A stretch of DNA of 64,000 bases from Psammoneis japonica (Eukaryota): positions 1-64,000 of the forward strand of contig QPGO01000049.1 in assembly GCA_008632985.1 (NCBI GenBank). Direction: 5' to 3'. Both the position numbers and the translations under genes were made by a program. This document shows positions 1 through 12,175 of the stretch, in pieces (positions within the stretch are counted from its first letter, which is position 1; every line of letters starts with the position of its first letter). Under the pieces are notes generated by a model. The model did not search any database. It was not told the DNA's origin and was given only the letters and a program-made list of their open reading frames with translations.

Positions 1-461
1 CCAGTGAACTTTGTCTGAGCATAGAGAGTCAGAAGAGCAATGGTGCTGTTGTATGGACGGAAATTGAAAAATGTGAGGCGAAAAATAAAAGAAATAGGAA
101 ACAATTTCCATATTCTTGCAACGCGATCGAATAGGAAAACACCCTCCAGACAGCAGCGGCACTCAAGAACCTGATTTATCTTCATTCATCATGGCGTTCC
201 ACCACTGACTGCCACTTACCCAAATCCCCATGCAAAAGGACGGTTCCCAACGTGTTTGATTTCGTGAATCATCAAATTGACGCCGGACATTTGCCTCCAA
301 GTCTGAGGTCCGGCAAGGCGTTTTTCGTACCGGGCGATGCGTGCTTCTTTTCCACGCGCCGCCGCAATGCTTTGGGATGCAGCCCTATATTCCGCCATTT
401 GTGCCTTGAACTTGGCGTTTAGTTCAGCAAAGCTGAGGGATTTCAAGTCGTCCGCCGCCAT
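1..461 (-). CDS. Small hypothetical protein with a C-terminal hydrophobic segment; spliced, runs off the window start
   Basis: ORF 461->220 ends at a GTAAGT donor (219). Splicing to the CAG acceptor at 46 continues in frame as FAWGFGTIALLTLYAQTKFT. Normal dinucleotide composition. Confidence 0.55.
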
Positions 462-814
462 GGTTACAATTCAACGGGTGGTGAAAATGGCGATAATTCG
501 CCGCGTCGATGGTACAAATCCTACGTGGATTCTACGCAAATCTTTCCGCCGCTCGTCAGAGTTCGTTTTCGTGGTATTTAAGTCTTCAAGTTTGAATATA
601 TCCATTTTAGGTCGAAATGCCGATCGGGGGATGGACAGGCGGCTCAAAAAAGCTGACACGATCGAAAAAATTAGCTCACTCGCAAGCTTTGCGGTGTCAC
701 CACGACGCCCGCCATTTGTTTTTTTCGAAGCTTTTTTGTTCGCGAAATTAAAAGTGTCAGTCACATTGACCTTAGACTCTCTAGCGTTGTACAGGTATTG
801 CTTTTTACTCAAAG

Positions 815-1525
815 ATGCGCAGCATTTCATCATTGCATTCGTGTTTGTTTCTGTTGACTGCAATATGCAAAAGCCGGTCTTCGCTGGCCTATGTGGGAAA
901 CATGCCGATGCGACCAAGCATGGTTGGTCATTCTCTGCTAAGTGCTGGCCGTAAATTCAAGACAATACCAGAATTTTCTTCCCCAATATCAAATCTGTCG
1001 TTGAAGATGTCAAGCAGTGGCGCAGATCCTGACAGCGATGATTCATCGTTGCGAACACGGCTTCGAAATTTGACGGGATTTTCCTTTACCGCACTCCGAG
1101 CAACTTTGCGTGCGACAACGGGCATTTCTCTCACGGCCATTCGTGTTGCGGTTGGTGCTACAACGAGTAGAGTGTTCAACAAGGTTGTTTCTACTGTTGT
1201 GGGGGTCTTTCCAACGTGGTTTCGGTACTTTTTGCAGCCCTTTCTAGTCCTATATTACACGCCTCTCATGATTATAAGATGCCTCGTGGGGCCAAGTAAA
1301 ACTTTCTGGAAGGACGAGCGTGCAACACATGAGGCCTTTGTGGAGGGATGGAAAATGGCTGTTGCCAAGGCAGAAGAAAAGCAACATGGGGGATATTGGC
1401 CAGTGCACGTGGACGAGGAGACGGGAGTTATTGAACCAATGTTAGATTCCGATCATGAGGATGTTGACGTTGTGGATGCCGTTGCCGAGTCTGTGGAGGT
1501 TGCAATGTCAAACGGAGAAAGCTAG
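815..1525 (+). CDS. Hypothetical protein, probably plastid-targeted
   Basis: 236-aa ORF with hydrophobic N-terminus, SLAY (ASAFAP-like) cleavage motif, Ser-rich transit-like region and a hydrophobic segment (WFRYFLQPFLVLYYTPL). Confidence 0.65.
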   Translation: MRSISSLHSCLFLLTAICKSRSSLAYVGNMPMRPSMVGHSLLSAGRKFKTIPEFSSPISNLSLKMSSSGADPDSDDSSLRTRLRNLTGFSFTALRATLRATTGISLTAIRVAVGATTSRVFNKVVSTVVGVFPTWFRYFLQPFLVLYYTPLMIIRCLVGPSKTFWKDERATHEAFVEGWKMAVAKAEEKQHGGYWPVHVDEETGVIEPMLDSDHEDVDVVDAVAESVEVAMSNGES

Positions 1526-1669
1526 ATGGCACAGAACTAGAGAACAAGAATGCGTGTCAGCAAGAATTGAACAAGTTGGTCTTTGATAGATTTTTGAAAT
1601 TTTGCTATTGTAATCAGGGATCGTCGCTATACTTTTTAAATCACAGTCGCTGAAATACCTTAGTTCTCT

Positions 1670-3784
1670 CTAGCCAACTATCTTTTCGATAATACCGAGC
1701 GCAATCGTATCGCCTCCTCTTCGCAGGACAAAACGACCGAGCGCTCGGCATTCAGCGTACTCCTCCATGACGATTTTGGCAGACAGTGTAATCTCTACAG
1801 TCGCACTTGCGCCTCCCGTCAGGACACGCGGCCGCTCCTTCTTGATGGAGCCGTCGCGCTTGGTGGTTGCCACCAATTTGGAAAGGATAGCGGGCACATC
1901 AATGCTATGCATGTGTAGCAGCACGGTAGCTCCACGAATAATGGGGACACCTAATTCTTCCATGACCAGTATTTTCGCTTGTAGCTTGGATCGTACCGGC
2001 GGTCTCAATTGCAAGTGTGGGTGGCTCAGCACACATCCCGGCGTGACACGGACAATATCAATGCCACTCAACACCAGCTCCACGGCATCACCGGCGACAG
2101 CAAACTTGAGGCGATCGACAGATGCGTCGGATGTCACACCATGATCCAATCGCGACACGGTCGCATTGTCACCAATGGGCGAGACAACCAGTTTGTCGCC
2201 GACTTGTACCACACCCTGAACGACCCGGCCTCGAGTTGCCACACCCTTGCCTTCGGCATAGACGTCGGTGATAATCACACGGAGGGGTTTATTGACATTG
2301 CGTTGCGCCGGTACAAAGGCGTCAATCGCTTCCACCATGGTCGGACCGTCATACCAACGGGCCAAATTTGGTTCCTTGGATGCGCTCTCTTTTACATTGG
2401 CACCGGACAATCCACTGATTGGCACAAAACGAATCCGTTTGGGTTGGAATCCATTGGCTTGCAAAAACGGCATTAGCCGAGATTTGATCTCATCAAAACG
2501 AGCTTGACTCCACTGCGGTTCCGCCGCATCCAACTTATTGACAGCCACGAGCAATTGAGACACACCCAATCCACGAGCTAAAATCACGTGTTCTCTCGTT
2601 TGACCGCCACTGTGTTGTCCCTTTCCAGCTTCAAATCCCGCTTCAAACTCTCCGGGCGTGGCTGCTACAACGAGGAGGCCGACATCGGCAGACGCGGCTC
2701 CTGTAATCATGGCGGGGATGAAATCAGCATGGCCGGGAGCATCTAAAATGATCAAATCGTGCTTTTCCGTCGTGGCAAACTTGGTCCCAACCTCCATGGT
2801 GACACCGCGTTCTCGTTCCGAATCATCCTCGTCCATGACCCAAGCCAAGGCAAATGATGCCTTGCCCAGTTCCGCCGCTAGAATGTGTTGAAAGGCACAA
2901 GGGATGAATACGAATGACATTTGAGGCTGAGATCAATACTATTGAACCGAACGAGACATACCTTGCTTTTGATATTTTGTCACTGTTCGCTTTTGTACAT
3001 GACCGAGCTGAAGTAAGAGCTGTCCCATGAGTGTACTCTACCGAGAAATAATGAGTTAAAAGCGCAGGGAAGTTTTCAGCAAGATAAGTTCGCCCAGACA
3101 TACACACATTCTTCAACCTCCTTCCCGCAAAAGTCTTCTCACCTTGCCAGCATCGACATGACCCAACACCACCATGGAAAGACGACTCCGTTGGTTTTCA
3201 ACCACTTTTAAGATTTCGTCTGGAATCTTGGGCAAGGCTCCATATTCTGTACTTTTTCGATCTCGTGGTGGTGGTGTCAGTGGTGCTTTCTCTTTGGTTT
3301 CGGTTTTAAACGCAACCTTTGCAGCAGGCGGAGGAGGAGTTTTTGCACCTGAAGGTCTAGAAAATCCTGGTGGAGCTTTTGATATACCAGGAAGAGATGT
3401 AGGTGGTTCCATTTTGGGCTTTGAAAGAGAAGTGCTTGTTCCTAATGTAAGCAAGGCGTTTGCAGCATTCTCCACATTTCCGTTTGATTGCTCCAGTGCC
3501 CATTTCGCCTGCTCTTTTGTAAAATTCATTTCTAGCAAAATTCGCTCCTTTTCTGCGTAGCTCTGTTGCTGTTGCTGCTTTGGTTGTTCATTCGATTTCT
3601 TTAATGATGACTTTGTTGGTATCGCAGCTTGTAATTGTTGCTGAGCTCGTTCTCGATCTCGACGTTCTTGTTGTTGTTGATAATAGTAATCGTCTTCTTC
3701 CTCTTCGTAATAGTCGTCATAATCATCATAATCATCATAATAGTCGTCTTCAGTCAGGTTTCGAACGTTGCGATGTCGCGACAT
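1670..3784 (-). CDS. HBS1: HBS1-like translational GTPase (eEF1A/eRF3 family) with N-terminal HBS1-type and UBA-like region; exons 3784-3143, 3037-2962, 2877-1670
   Basis: MSRHRNVR N-terminus, GHVDAGK|STLMG spanning intron 1, ERERGVT, DAPGH, NKLD, PISG and LGRFVLR C-terminal motif. All introns GT-AG and in frame. Confidence 0.9.
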
Positions 3785-4407
3785 GGTGTGCTATGTATGT
3801 TCTATTGTCTCCCAATCACCAACGACGCCATGGCACATCAGGCATCGAATCATCATCTTTCACGGAGAGGCGGCGGACAGGATTGAAAGAAACCCGGTTT
3901 TACCTTGCTACCGCTTACTATTTTGAATAAGCTCATAACCCAACTTGCGATTTATTTGGTGTTCGCATTCCAGCGAGTTCATTCGATTTCATAAGTGTTC
4001 GCGCCAGTGGAGTTCGGTCGCTTTCGGTGCGTGACGTATGATTGTTAAATGTACGAAAATGTAGTACTGGATCTCTGTAGGTTCTACAGACACCTCCCTG
4101 GTGGCACTTTTTCTTGTTGCACCTTGTTGGTGAGTGAAACGATGGCCATGGCGTTGCGGCGGCGATGTGAATGGCGCTGTTGTTGTTATGACCTCGTACC
4201 ATACTGTTAGCATGTGCGTTACTTGCTATGCGAGGGATTGAACCGCATCGGCAAGGTTGTTCCCGCCGGCGTTGTCGTCATGGGCGACGTGTGTGGTAGT
4301 CGTACACCAGAAATCCGGGTTCTTCAGCTTACACGCTTGCATTTGCTCACAAATTTTGCTCACAATTTTTTTTTCGTTCCACTTTTGCGCCGTAGCCATT
4401 CTGAAAA

Positions 4408-5061
4408 ATGGGTCGCCGTCCAGCTCGTTGCTACCGTTACCAAAAGAACAAGCCGTACATCAAGTCGCGGTACTGCCGTGGTGTACCGGAGTCCAAGATC
4501 CGCATCTTTGACGTGGGTGCCAAGAAGGCGCCCGTCGATCAGTTTCCCTTTGTGGCCCACCTTGTCTGTGACGAGAAGCAGCAGATTTCTTCGGAAGCCC
4601 TCGAAGCATGCCGTGTTGCCATTAACAAGCATCTTTCCAAGCACATTGGAAAGGACGCCTTCCACATTCGCATCCGTGCCCACCCCTTTCACGTGCTCCG
4701 AGCCAACAAGATGCTTTCGTGTGCCGGCGCAGATCGTTTGTCGTCGGGTATGCGTCACTCGTACGGAAAGCCCATTGGTGTTGCCGCCCGTGTCGATATT
4801 GGACAGGTCTTGCTTTCGGTCCGATCCAAGGATGCTCACGAGCCCCATGTGATTGAAGCCATTCGTCGTGGTAAATTTAAGTTTGCAGGACGTCAAAAGA
4901 TCCTCAAGAGTCTCAAGTGGGGATTTACCAAGTATCCCCGTGAAGATTATGTCCGTATGCGCCGTTCTGGAGAACTGTCAGCCGATGGAAACATTGTCAA
5001 GGTGCACAACCGTCGTGGGCCTCTCGAAAAGTCGGCTCTCTATTTGGCTGGACAAGAGTAA
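4408..5061 (+). CDS. RPL10: 60S ribosomal protein L10 (uL16)
   Basis: [10 protein letters not shown]...[36 protein letters not shown] signature sequences. Intronless, 217 aa. Confidence 0.98.
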   Translation: MGRRPARCYRYQKNKPYIKSRYCRGVPESKIRIFDVGAKKAPVDQFPFVAHLVCDEKQQISSEALEACRVAINKHLSKHIGKDAFHIRIRAHPFHVLRANKMLSCAGADRLSSGMRHSYGKPIGVAARVDIGQVLLSVRSKDAHEPHVIEAIRRGKFKFAGRQKILKSLKWGFTKYPREDYVRMRRSGELSADGNIVKVHNRRGPLEKSALYLAGQE

Positions 5062-5623
5062 AGTGATTTTGGTAGCGTAGGAAAATCGTTTTATAGTTGT
5101 TCACGTTTGAGAATTAGATCGTGACATTCAAGCCTTGTTTCGAATCATTTGTACTGTCATACTTGACAGCTTAGCTTGTAACTTGTAACTCCGTGAAAAA
5201 GAATCTTTAGAACTCACACGCTTTGAGGAACTCCCATTACAGACTGAATTTATGCTTGGAATCATTCTTTTGAGGTAGTGATGCCATACCTCTCATGTTC
5301 TCTAGAATGAGTATCTAGTGAATCTTGGTAGCGGTGATAATAATAGGATGGCATCCTTCACCTTTAAGCTTTCGTTCTCCCTGGGAGGTGTCTCTGTTTA
5401 TTGACCGAGGCTAAGCTACTAGAGAGTTGTCTGGCACGGCGCTGTCACAGCAATAGCGTCGCTGCACGTACAGTGCCGATAGCTACTCTCTACTCTAGAC
5501 TCTAGCTCTAGTAGTAGGACTACAGTAGCCATTCATTGAGAGTTTGTCAACTGCCGATAACATCTCTACCTACTCTTGGTAGCTCTAGCTAGTAGAGCTA
5601 TTACTACTAGACCTACTAGAGAG

Positions 5624-5627
<4 letters not shown>

Positions 5628-5659
<32 letters not shown>
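5628..5659. repeat. (GA)n microsatellite inside a CTAG/TAG-rich low-complexity patch
   Basis: Direct reading of the agagagag run and the surrounding ctagctagtagag tract. Confidence 0.85.
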
Positions 5660-5662
<3 letters not shown>

Positions 5663-6112
5663 AGCTAGAGTAGAGCTAGAGTAGTAGAGTCTACCACGAG
5701 ACAGTTTGCCCAGAGTCTGTGGTTTGCCCAAACAAGAAACCCGGATTTGGTCATGGTCATGCCCGTCTACTCTTCTGAAGGCAAAGTTCATTCCTGCTCT
5801 CGGTTTCGTCACTCCGTAGCATTCTACGTACTTTCAGTACCAGCTGCGTTCCACTCGTGCAGAACTCAAAATTTTCGACTCAACTGTTGAAGACCCAAAG
5901 CATTATTTTGCGTTGTGCTTCGCGTTGAGATTGTTGGCTCTCGGTCAAGAGCTTCATTCTCAACCAATCTCTGAACCACGCTTTTGTTTACAGTCACTGT
6001 TTGTTTCTTGTTGGGTATAGTTGGTTGGCTATTCGAACATTTGATTGACGTCCAGGCAATTCTCAGTACTTTGGAAAATACGAATCATCTCAATTATTTG
6101 TGACTTTTTGCA

Positions 6113-8679
6113 ATGACTTGGCTTCGCGCAACTCGACGTAAGCTTCATAGCGATGATGAAGAAGAAGAGAACACAAAGGAGGTGCTTGACAAGGTCACCG
6201 AAGAATTGGAGGAGATGAAGGGAAAAAATGACGAGGACGAGGAAGAGCTAAAAGAGGACTTTGAAGTCGAGAGCAAAATTCAGGACGAAGCTGAAGCGGC
6301 TGAACCAGTCGCCAGTGACGAGGGAGAAGACGAGGAAGAAGCAATTGACAGTGACGAAGACGAGGCAGAGGATAAAGATAGTGAGGAAGAAGCAGCCGAC
6401 AGTGACGAAGACGAAGCAGAGGATGAAGATAGCAAGGAGGAACCGGTTGCAAGTGACGAAGACGAGGCAGAGGATGAAGATAGCAAGGAAGAAGCAGTCG
6501 ACAGTGACGAAGACGAAGCAGAGGATGAAGATAGCGAGGAGGAACCGGTTGCCAGTGAAGAAGACGAGGCAGAGGATGAAGATAGCAAGGAAGAGCCAAT
6601 CGCCAATGATGAAGAGCCGAAGGGAGAGAGTAAAACGAAGTCCATCTTTGACAAGGAGGAAAAGAAGATTCAAGACAAACTTGGTGACAAAGATGACGAG
6701 GAACCCGCCGACGAGTCCAAGATCGAACCCTCTGACGAAGAACCAGAAGAGGCCGAGGAAAAGGAAGACAAGGATGAGGCGGAGGAAGAGCTAAAGGAAG
6801 AGGCCTCCGAGGAAGAGCAAGACGAGTCAGTTGAGTCCGAGAACGCCGATGCCCCAGAAGAATCAGGCGACGAGCTGAGCAGCAAAGAGGATGATTCAGA
6901 AGAAGCTTCGGAAGAAGAGGATTCTGAAGCTGGAGACACGAAGGAGGATTCGGAGAGTGGCGAGGATGAAGCGAGCGCCGAACATGCCGACAGCAAAGAA
7001 GGCAGCACCGAGGAGCCATCTGAAGAAGAAGGCGCTGACGGAAAAGCTGCAGTGAAATCAGGAAGCGGCGGCAATGTCGACCATCAGAAGTCCGAGAGCG
7101 AAGCCTCGGATGAAGGTGAGGATAGCCAGACCAAAGATTCGGTCGAAGGCTCCGAAAGCAGCGGCAACGTCGACCAACAGAAATCCACCAAGGAGGACGC
7201 GTCTTCTCAGAGTGAACCATCAGACGAAACGCCAGAAGACGAATCAGGGGAGGAAAGTGAAGCCTCTTCTGTTGAAGATTCCCTGGGTAAAGAGGAGGAA
7301 GTGAGCACCGAAAGTGGCGACAGTGGAGAAGAAAGCTCCGAGGAGCCGTCAGAATCAGAAAGCGCCGACGGAAAAGCTCCTGTGGAATCAGGAAACAGCG
7401 GCAATGTCGACCACCAGAAGTCCGAGAGCGAAGCCTCGGATGAAGGCAAGGATGGTCAGTCCAAAGAGTCAGTCGAAGGCTCCGAAAGCAGTGGCAGCGT
7501 TGACCAGCAAGAATCCATCAAAGAAGATGCGTCCTCCCAGAGCGAACCATCGGACGAAGTGCCGGGAGACGAAGCAGGCGAGGAAAGTGAAGCCTCCTCA
7601 GTTGAAGACTCTCAAGAGGAGTCCGAGAGCGAACCCTCTGATGATGGCGAGGAGAGTCAATCCAAGGACTCAGTCGAAGGCGCCGACGAGCCCTCGGACG
7701 AAGAAGCGGAAGCCTCCTCTGCTGACGACTCCTCTCAGAGTGAAGGGGGCGAGGAAGAAAGTGAGGAGAATGAAGATAGCAACGAGGAGTCATCGGGAGA
7801 AGACACTGCTGACGAAAAATCTCCTGTGGAATCAGGAAGCGGCGGGAATCCCGATCAGCAGGAAGCAATTGACGAAGAAGAATGGGAAAAGGATGACGAC
7901 GACGAGGCTTACAATGATGATGAGTGAGTGAGCGACGTGCACTTCCGGTTTTGTTTTTTAACATCAACTTACTGAATTTGTTGCGGTATCTGTCCTTTCG
8001 TTCGTGCTATTCGATAAACAACAACAGTGACGAATACGATGATGACGATGATGAGTGAGTGGCCGAAATGCGATTCCCGTTTCTTTTCTTTTTCAGGGCA
8101 CGATTGCTAAATCGTTGTTGTATCTGTTCTTTCGTTCATGCAAATCGATAAACCCAAAACAGTGACGAGGTTTCCTCCTCTGATAACGATGATGAGTGAG
8201 TGACCGAAATGCGTGACCCGTTTCTTCTTTTCAAGACAAAGATACTAACGCCATATGTTCTTATGCTTATGCTGATCGATGAACACAGTGATGGTGTGGA
8301 ATATGATGACGATGACGAGGGAGAATATGATGATGACGACGATGAGTATGAGGTAGACGATGACGAGTACGAAGAACAACTAGAAGAGGAGATTAAGGAA
8401 GCGCTCGATTCTCATGTTTCAGCGCCCAAAGATGAGCCGCCTATCGAAGTCGATACTGAACTTGCTGCCGACAACTACAACGACGACGCCTTTTTGATTG
8501 ACAATGGTAGTAACCCAGTCGTGGGTCTTGGTGTCATTGCGTTCTTCGCTTTTATCGCCTTCTTCCTCATGCGGGCTCGTCGCCAGCGTGACGAGACCCA
8601 TGGCTACCGACCTGTTGGGTCTTCAGACAGGCGAAACGGAGCGAGCGACATGAATTCGTTTGCTTACAAGCGCAACTAG
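6113..8679 (+). CDS. Very acidic D/E/S-rich repetitive protein with C-terminal transmembrane helix and short tail; exons 6113-7923, 8028-8054, 8163-8195, 8289-8679
   Basis: 604-aa acidic ORF joins the TM-containing ORF (VVGLGVIAFFAFIAFFLM) through three phase-2 GTGAGT...CAG introns and 27- and 33-nt microexons that keep frame. Internal 19-aa repeats (SDEDEAEDEDSKEE). Confidence 0.75.
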
Positions 8680-9111
8680 AGAATCGTTTAGATCAGGCCT
8701 CGTGTGATCGAAGGGTCTTCATCTATTGTACTTTCTTGGGTAGCGATTCTCATGCGAGAGGTGCTGTAGATATTCAACTTTGATAAGGCAGCAAAATTAG
8801 GTTTTAGACTTCTGCACGGTATGTTTCATGTTATCCGCGACCGGATGCGTCATTAGTTCAACCGACACTGTTTTAAAGACAAGCGGCACATATGGCCAGA
8901 ATCAATCAATCAGTAGCTCCAACAGACAAGTAAACTTTTCCAATTCACTTTTTCTAATGCACTGCGCAAATTCAATGATAAACTATGTGCGACACCAGAG
9001 TTTTGCAGAGATGCACTGACCTTATTTCTAAGCTGTTGCATAAACATAGGGTTATAAATACTGCACACGACCGCGAAACATGCATCTTCGCGTTGCCTCG
9101 TGTTCGTGTTC

Positions 9112-10137
9112 CTACAATTTGACGCCGCTCAACTGCCCTGGCTTCTCGCCAACGTTATTGGGGAACCCTGAAGGAATTCCATTCTTTATGCAGCATGCAA
9201 AGACGGAGAAATTCGGGCTCGAATCCGGGTCGATCGCACTGTACCCAACGCATTCGGACATGGCACTGCAAAGGTCTTGGCAAATGGGCCAGGCATCATT
9301 CAACGTTTGAGCAAAACGAAGAGGAACGCATGGAAGAAAGAGGTCATAGCCAAACATTTTAGTGGATGAATATCTTCTGTATGAAGCCTGCGGAGATGGG
9401 CAAGAGTATGATTCAGAAGTTTTGATGCCACTCGTCATTCCTTGCCGAGAAGATTCCGACGGAACACGGTCTTTCAAGAAACATTTTTGCTGATCAACCA
9501 TGGTGAAGGCTTTACACTCAGGGTGTGCAGCACAAAGGTCCTTGCATTCTTCAACAGCATCGTCGAATGCCATGTCCAAGGGAATTCCAATAAAACCATT
9601 TCCCGATAAGTCCTTCCCTTCGAGCATTGTAAATCCACAGTATGTCAGACCTGGTGCAGGCCGAGCTGTAGGGGGTGGAGAAGGCGTCTGACCAGGGGTT
9701 GTGGTCGGCTGAGGGGACTTCGTGTTTGAACCATCTTGTACAAACGCATCGGTATCATTAGGTGCCGGAGTCGGTGCTGGAGTCGGTGCCGGAGTCGGTG
9801 CCGGAGTTGGTGCTGGAGTACCGTCATCGCGAAGCAGCACGACCAAGAGCACGACTGCCACAACCAAAAGCACCAAAATAATGGCAGCGCCGAACCAGTA
9901 CATTCTGCGAATATCTCTTTTGTCTGGCAAGTCTCCGAGTGGTTGGGCCCGGTTGATTACAACTGGAGCAGCAGGCGCAACAGGTTCTGGTTCAGGCGGC
10001 ACTACCCGGGCGCTAATAACGGGCACATCGCCTTCGCCCGCTCCGAGTCCGTTGTTCTCACCGTCTTCGTCCCGTTCGTTCCCTTCACCCAGTCCGCCCT
10101 CACGTCCGAGGTTTGAATCACTATCCATCAGGCTCAT
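9112..10137 (-). CDS. Single-pass membrane protein with TPAP mucin-like stalk and PAN/Apple-like Cys domains
   Basis: TM segment FGAAIILVLLVVAVVLLVVLL, (TPAP)n, then CKDLCAAHPECKAFT...CFLK and CQDLCSAMSECVGYS...CCIK. First ATG at 10137. Confidence 0.75.
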   Translation of the reverse strand: MSLMDSDSNLGREGGLGEGNERDEDGENNGLGAGEGDVPVISARVVPPEPEPVAPAAPVVINRAQPLGDLPDKRDIRRMYWFGAAIILVLLVVAVVLLVVLLRDDGTPAPTPAPTPAPTPAPTPAPNDTDAFVQDGSNTKSPQPTTTPGQTPSPPPTARPAPGLTYCGFTMLEGKDLSGNGFIGIPLDMAFDDAVEECKDLCAAHPECKAFTMVDQQKCFLKDRVPSESSRQGMTSGIKTSESYSCPSPQASYRRYSSTKMFGYDLFLPCVPLRFAQTLNDAWPICQDLCSAMSECVGYSAIDPDSSPNFSVFACCIKNGIPSGFPNNVGEKPGQLSGVKL

Positions 10138-10981
10138 TGTCCTCAAATTCTTTCTACAACTACCAACTGCGGTCAGAGGTTTGCTCAATTTATCAAGAAA
10201 TCAAGTAAGTCGTCGCTGAATGAGACAAAGAACAATCGCATCAGCAGTCTTTTTATGGTGTCAGCATGGGATGCGGGATTCTCATTCGCGTCAACCACAA
10301 AATGGTGTTCGCATGATTAAATTCAGTGACACGATGCTTCTCATCGCATGGTAAACGGTGCCGTCATTTCCGAATTGGCCAACGCGGTTGCAACGTATCC
10401 AACAGAAACCCTTCAAGAGCCCACCGCCGTTGACCTGGACTTGTCCTCTGCTTCTCCTGAAATCTCATGAGCTGGAGAACCACGCTTTCATGTGCTGTGA
10501 AAAGCATCATGAATCATTCACGGTTGTGTTTCACTTGGATTCATGCATCCTCATTGTGCAACAGGCGAGTGTGGATACATGGCAGTCGTAACTGTAATGA
10601 CAATGCTTCATTCACACGCACAATACAACGATGAACGAACGCGATGAGCGATGACAGAGCTTGCACGCGGGCCACGCGAAGCACCACGCACGGCTCCGAA
10701 ACTAAACGGCATGCAGCATGCATGCACACTCTCCATCGTGAGTCCATGCGTCGACCGTACCGCGCGCGCTTCGCACACTCCCGGGGGTCTATGCGAGACG
10801 CAAGATTCTGCTCTCACCACAAAAGAAATTCTGCTCTCACCACAACGTAGAAACGTACCGAGCTCCTTCGTAGAATAAAAGCATTCTTTGCCGAAACGGA
10901 ATCTCGATCGACCTCTCCGATGCCGAGACGTGCGCATGAAACACACTCGAGGTCTCTTGTCGACCATGGCAAGCAAACGCC

Positions 10982-11674
10982 ATGCACAACCGTGTCCATG
11001 CACGGGGATCAAATGCCGAAACTCCATGTGACACTGTCGAGTGTGACGATGTAGATGGTCCCACGAGGGATGAAACACTCGACGAGCTGAGGGAACCGAG
11101 TTGTGGCACGGCGGCGGAGAAGAAGAAGGTCGTCGAGATCTTCATCACAAACAAGGCGGAAGTTGAGAACAGGATTGGCATGGAGAACACCCACGACATT
11201 GAAGCGTTCAGGAAATGCACTCCTTCTACCATTGCTGCACTAAATGAGACTGGTTTTGGAGCGGCACCCACGGCAACGGCATTGCCAGATTTGAGTGATG
11301 CACTTGATCGTGTGCAGAAGCAAGGAGAACTGCAGGGCGCCACTCGTGCCGGGCAGGCGGACCTGATCACGAAGGCTGTCAGCCAGGTGAGGGACACTGT
11401 GTTGTCAGCAAGAAATGCAGCTCATCACACTGCTTTGCATCAAGATCAGGCTGTGGTCATGCCCCTGACGGCCGAAGAGCGCGACAGGAAGTTTCTTGTC
11501 GGCGGACACCTGCCGGACGACCAAGCGCACCGTCAATGCATTCGATGTGGACATTTTTCTGTGGATGAGCCAAACAAAAATCAAAACATTGCACAGAGGA
11601 ACAAGAACAAGCTTGATGAATGGCAAGCTTCTGTCCAGGAGTTTGAAAATTGCAAGAGGAATGGCGCACCATGA
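10982..11674 (+). pseudogene. Degraded ORF inside the TIR element with a CxxCxH motif; function unknown
   Basis: 230-aa ORF with natural charged composition and QCIRCGH motif. It contains no Tyr, consistent with TpA erasure. Confidence 0.45.
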
Positions 11675-11899
11675 GGGACGGCATTTGCACTGTGCCATTG
11701 TGTGTGGATCTTCATTGGGATGGATTCCATGGAAAAAAAACAGATGCTCTAGAATCAACAATGCTGCTGTGTGGTCCGATTGTGTTGGTGCTGGAGCATT
11801 GTCGAATCTAGAGCAGTGTTGAACAATGAACCTAGAGCAGTGTCCAATCCAGAGTTGCGCTGAACAAAGATCCTAGAATGGCATCTAATCCAGAGCAGT

Positions 11900-12175
11900 T
11901 GACAGGATTTGAACAGGACCCAGGTGCGCGTGAAATGTCGCGCGCTGTTCAGTTTACCGTGCACAGTTTTGTGTGCTTTAGTTCTGCGTGTTCGTGCACG
12001 ATGTAGTTTGCTTTCGAGCCACAAGGCTCACAAGAATGACAACAGCAGCCCGATTGTGCCGACTTGCACGTCTTTCGGCTCCTGTGACGGTCTCTGAGCG
12101 GAGACTCATCTGCTGTTTAGACAGCAGCAAGGAGTTGTTGTTTGAATTCTTGCCATTTGCCTTCAATTTCTGTCA
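11900..12175 (+). repeat. 5' LTR
   Basis: Direct repeat of 18725-19000; TG...CA termini. Confidence 0.95.

Noticed and set aside
337..954. ORFs 337-954 (+) and 471-917 (-)
   Set aside because: They overlap two better-supported divergent genes and their shared upstream region; no motifs.
3784..4408. Head-to-head HBS1 and RPL10 as a functional translation cluster
   Set aside because: Divergent pairs are common in compact genomes; the sequence gives no evidence of co-regulation.
10700..10726. Target-site duplication or CACTA assignment for the TIR element
   Set aside because: Flanks (…catgca / gaaacg…) do not match directly. aaacggca occurs on both sides but is not adjacent on the left.
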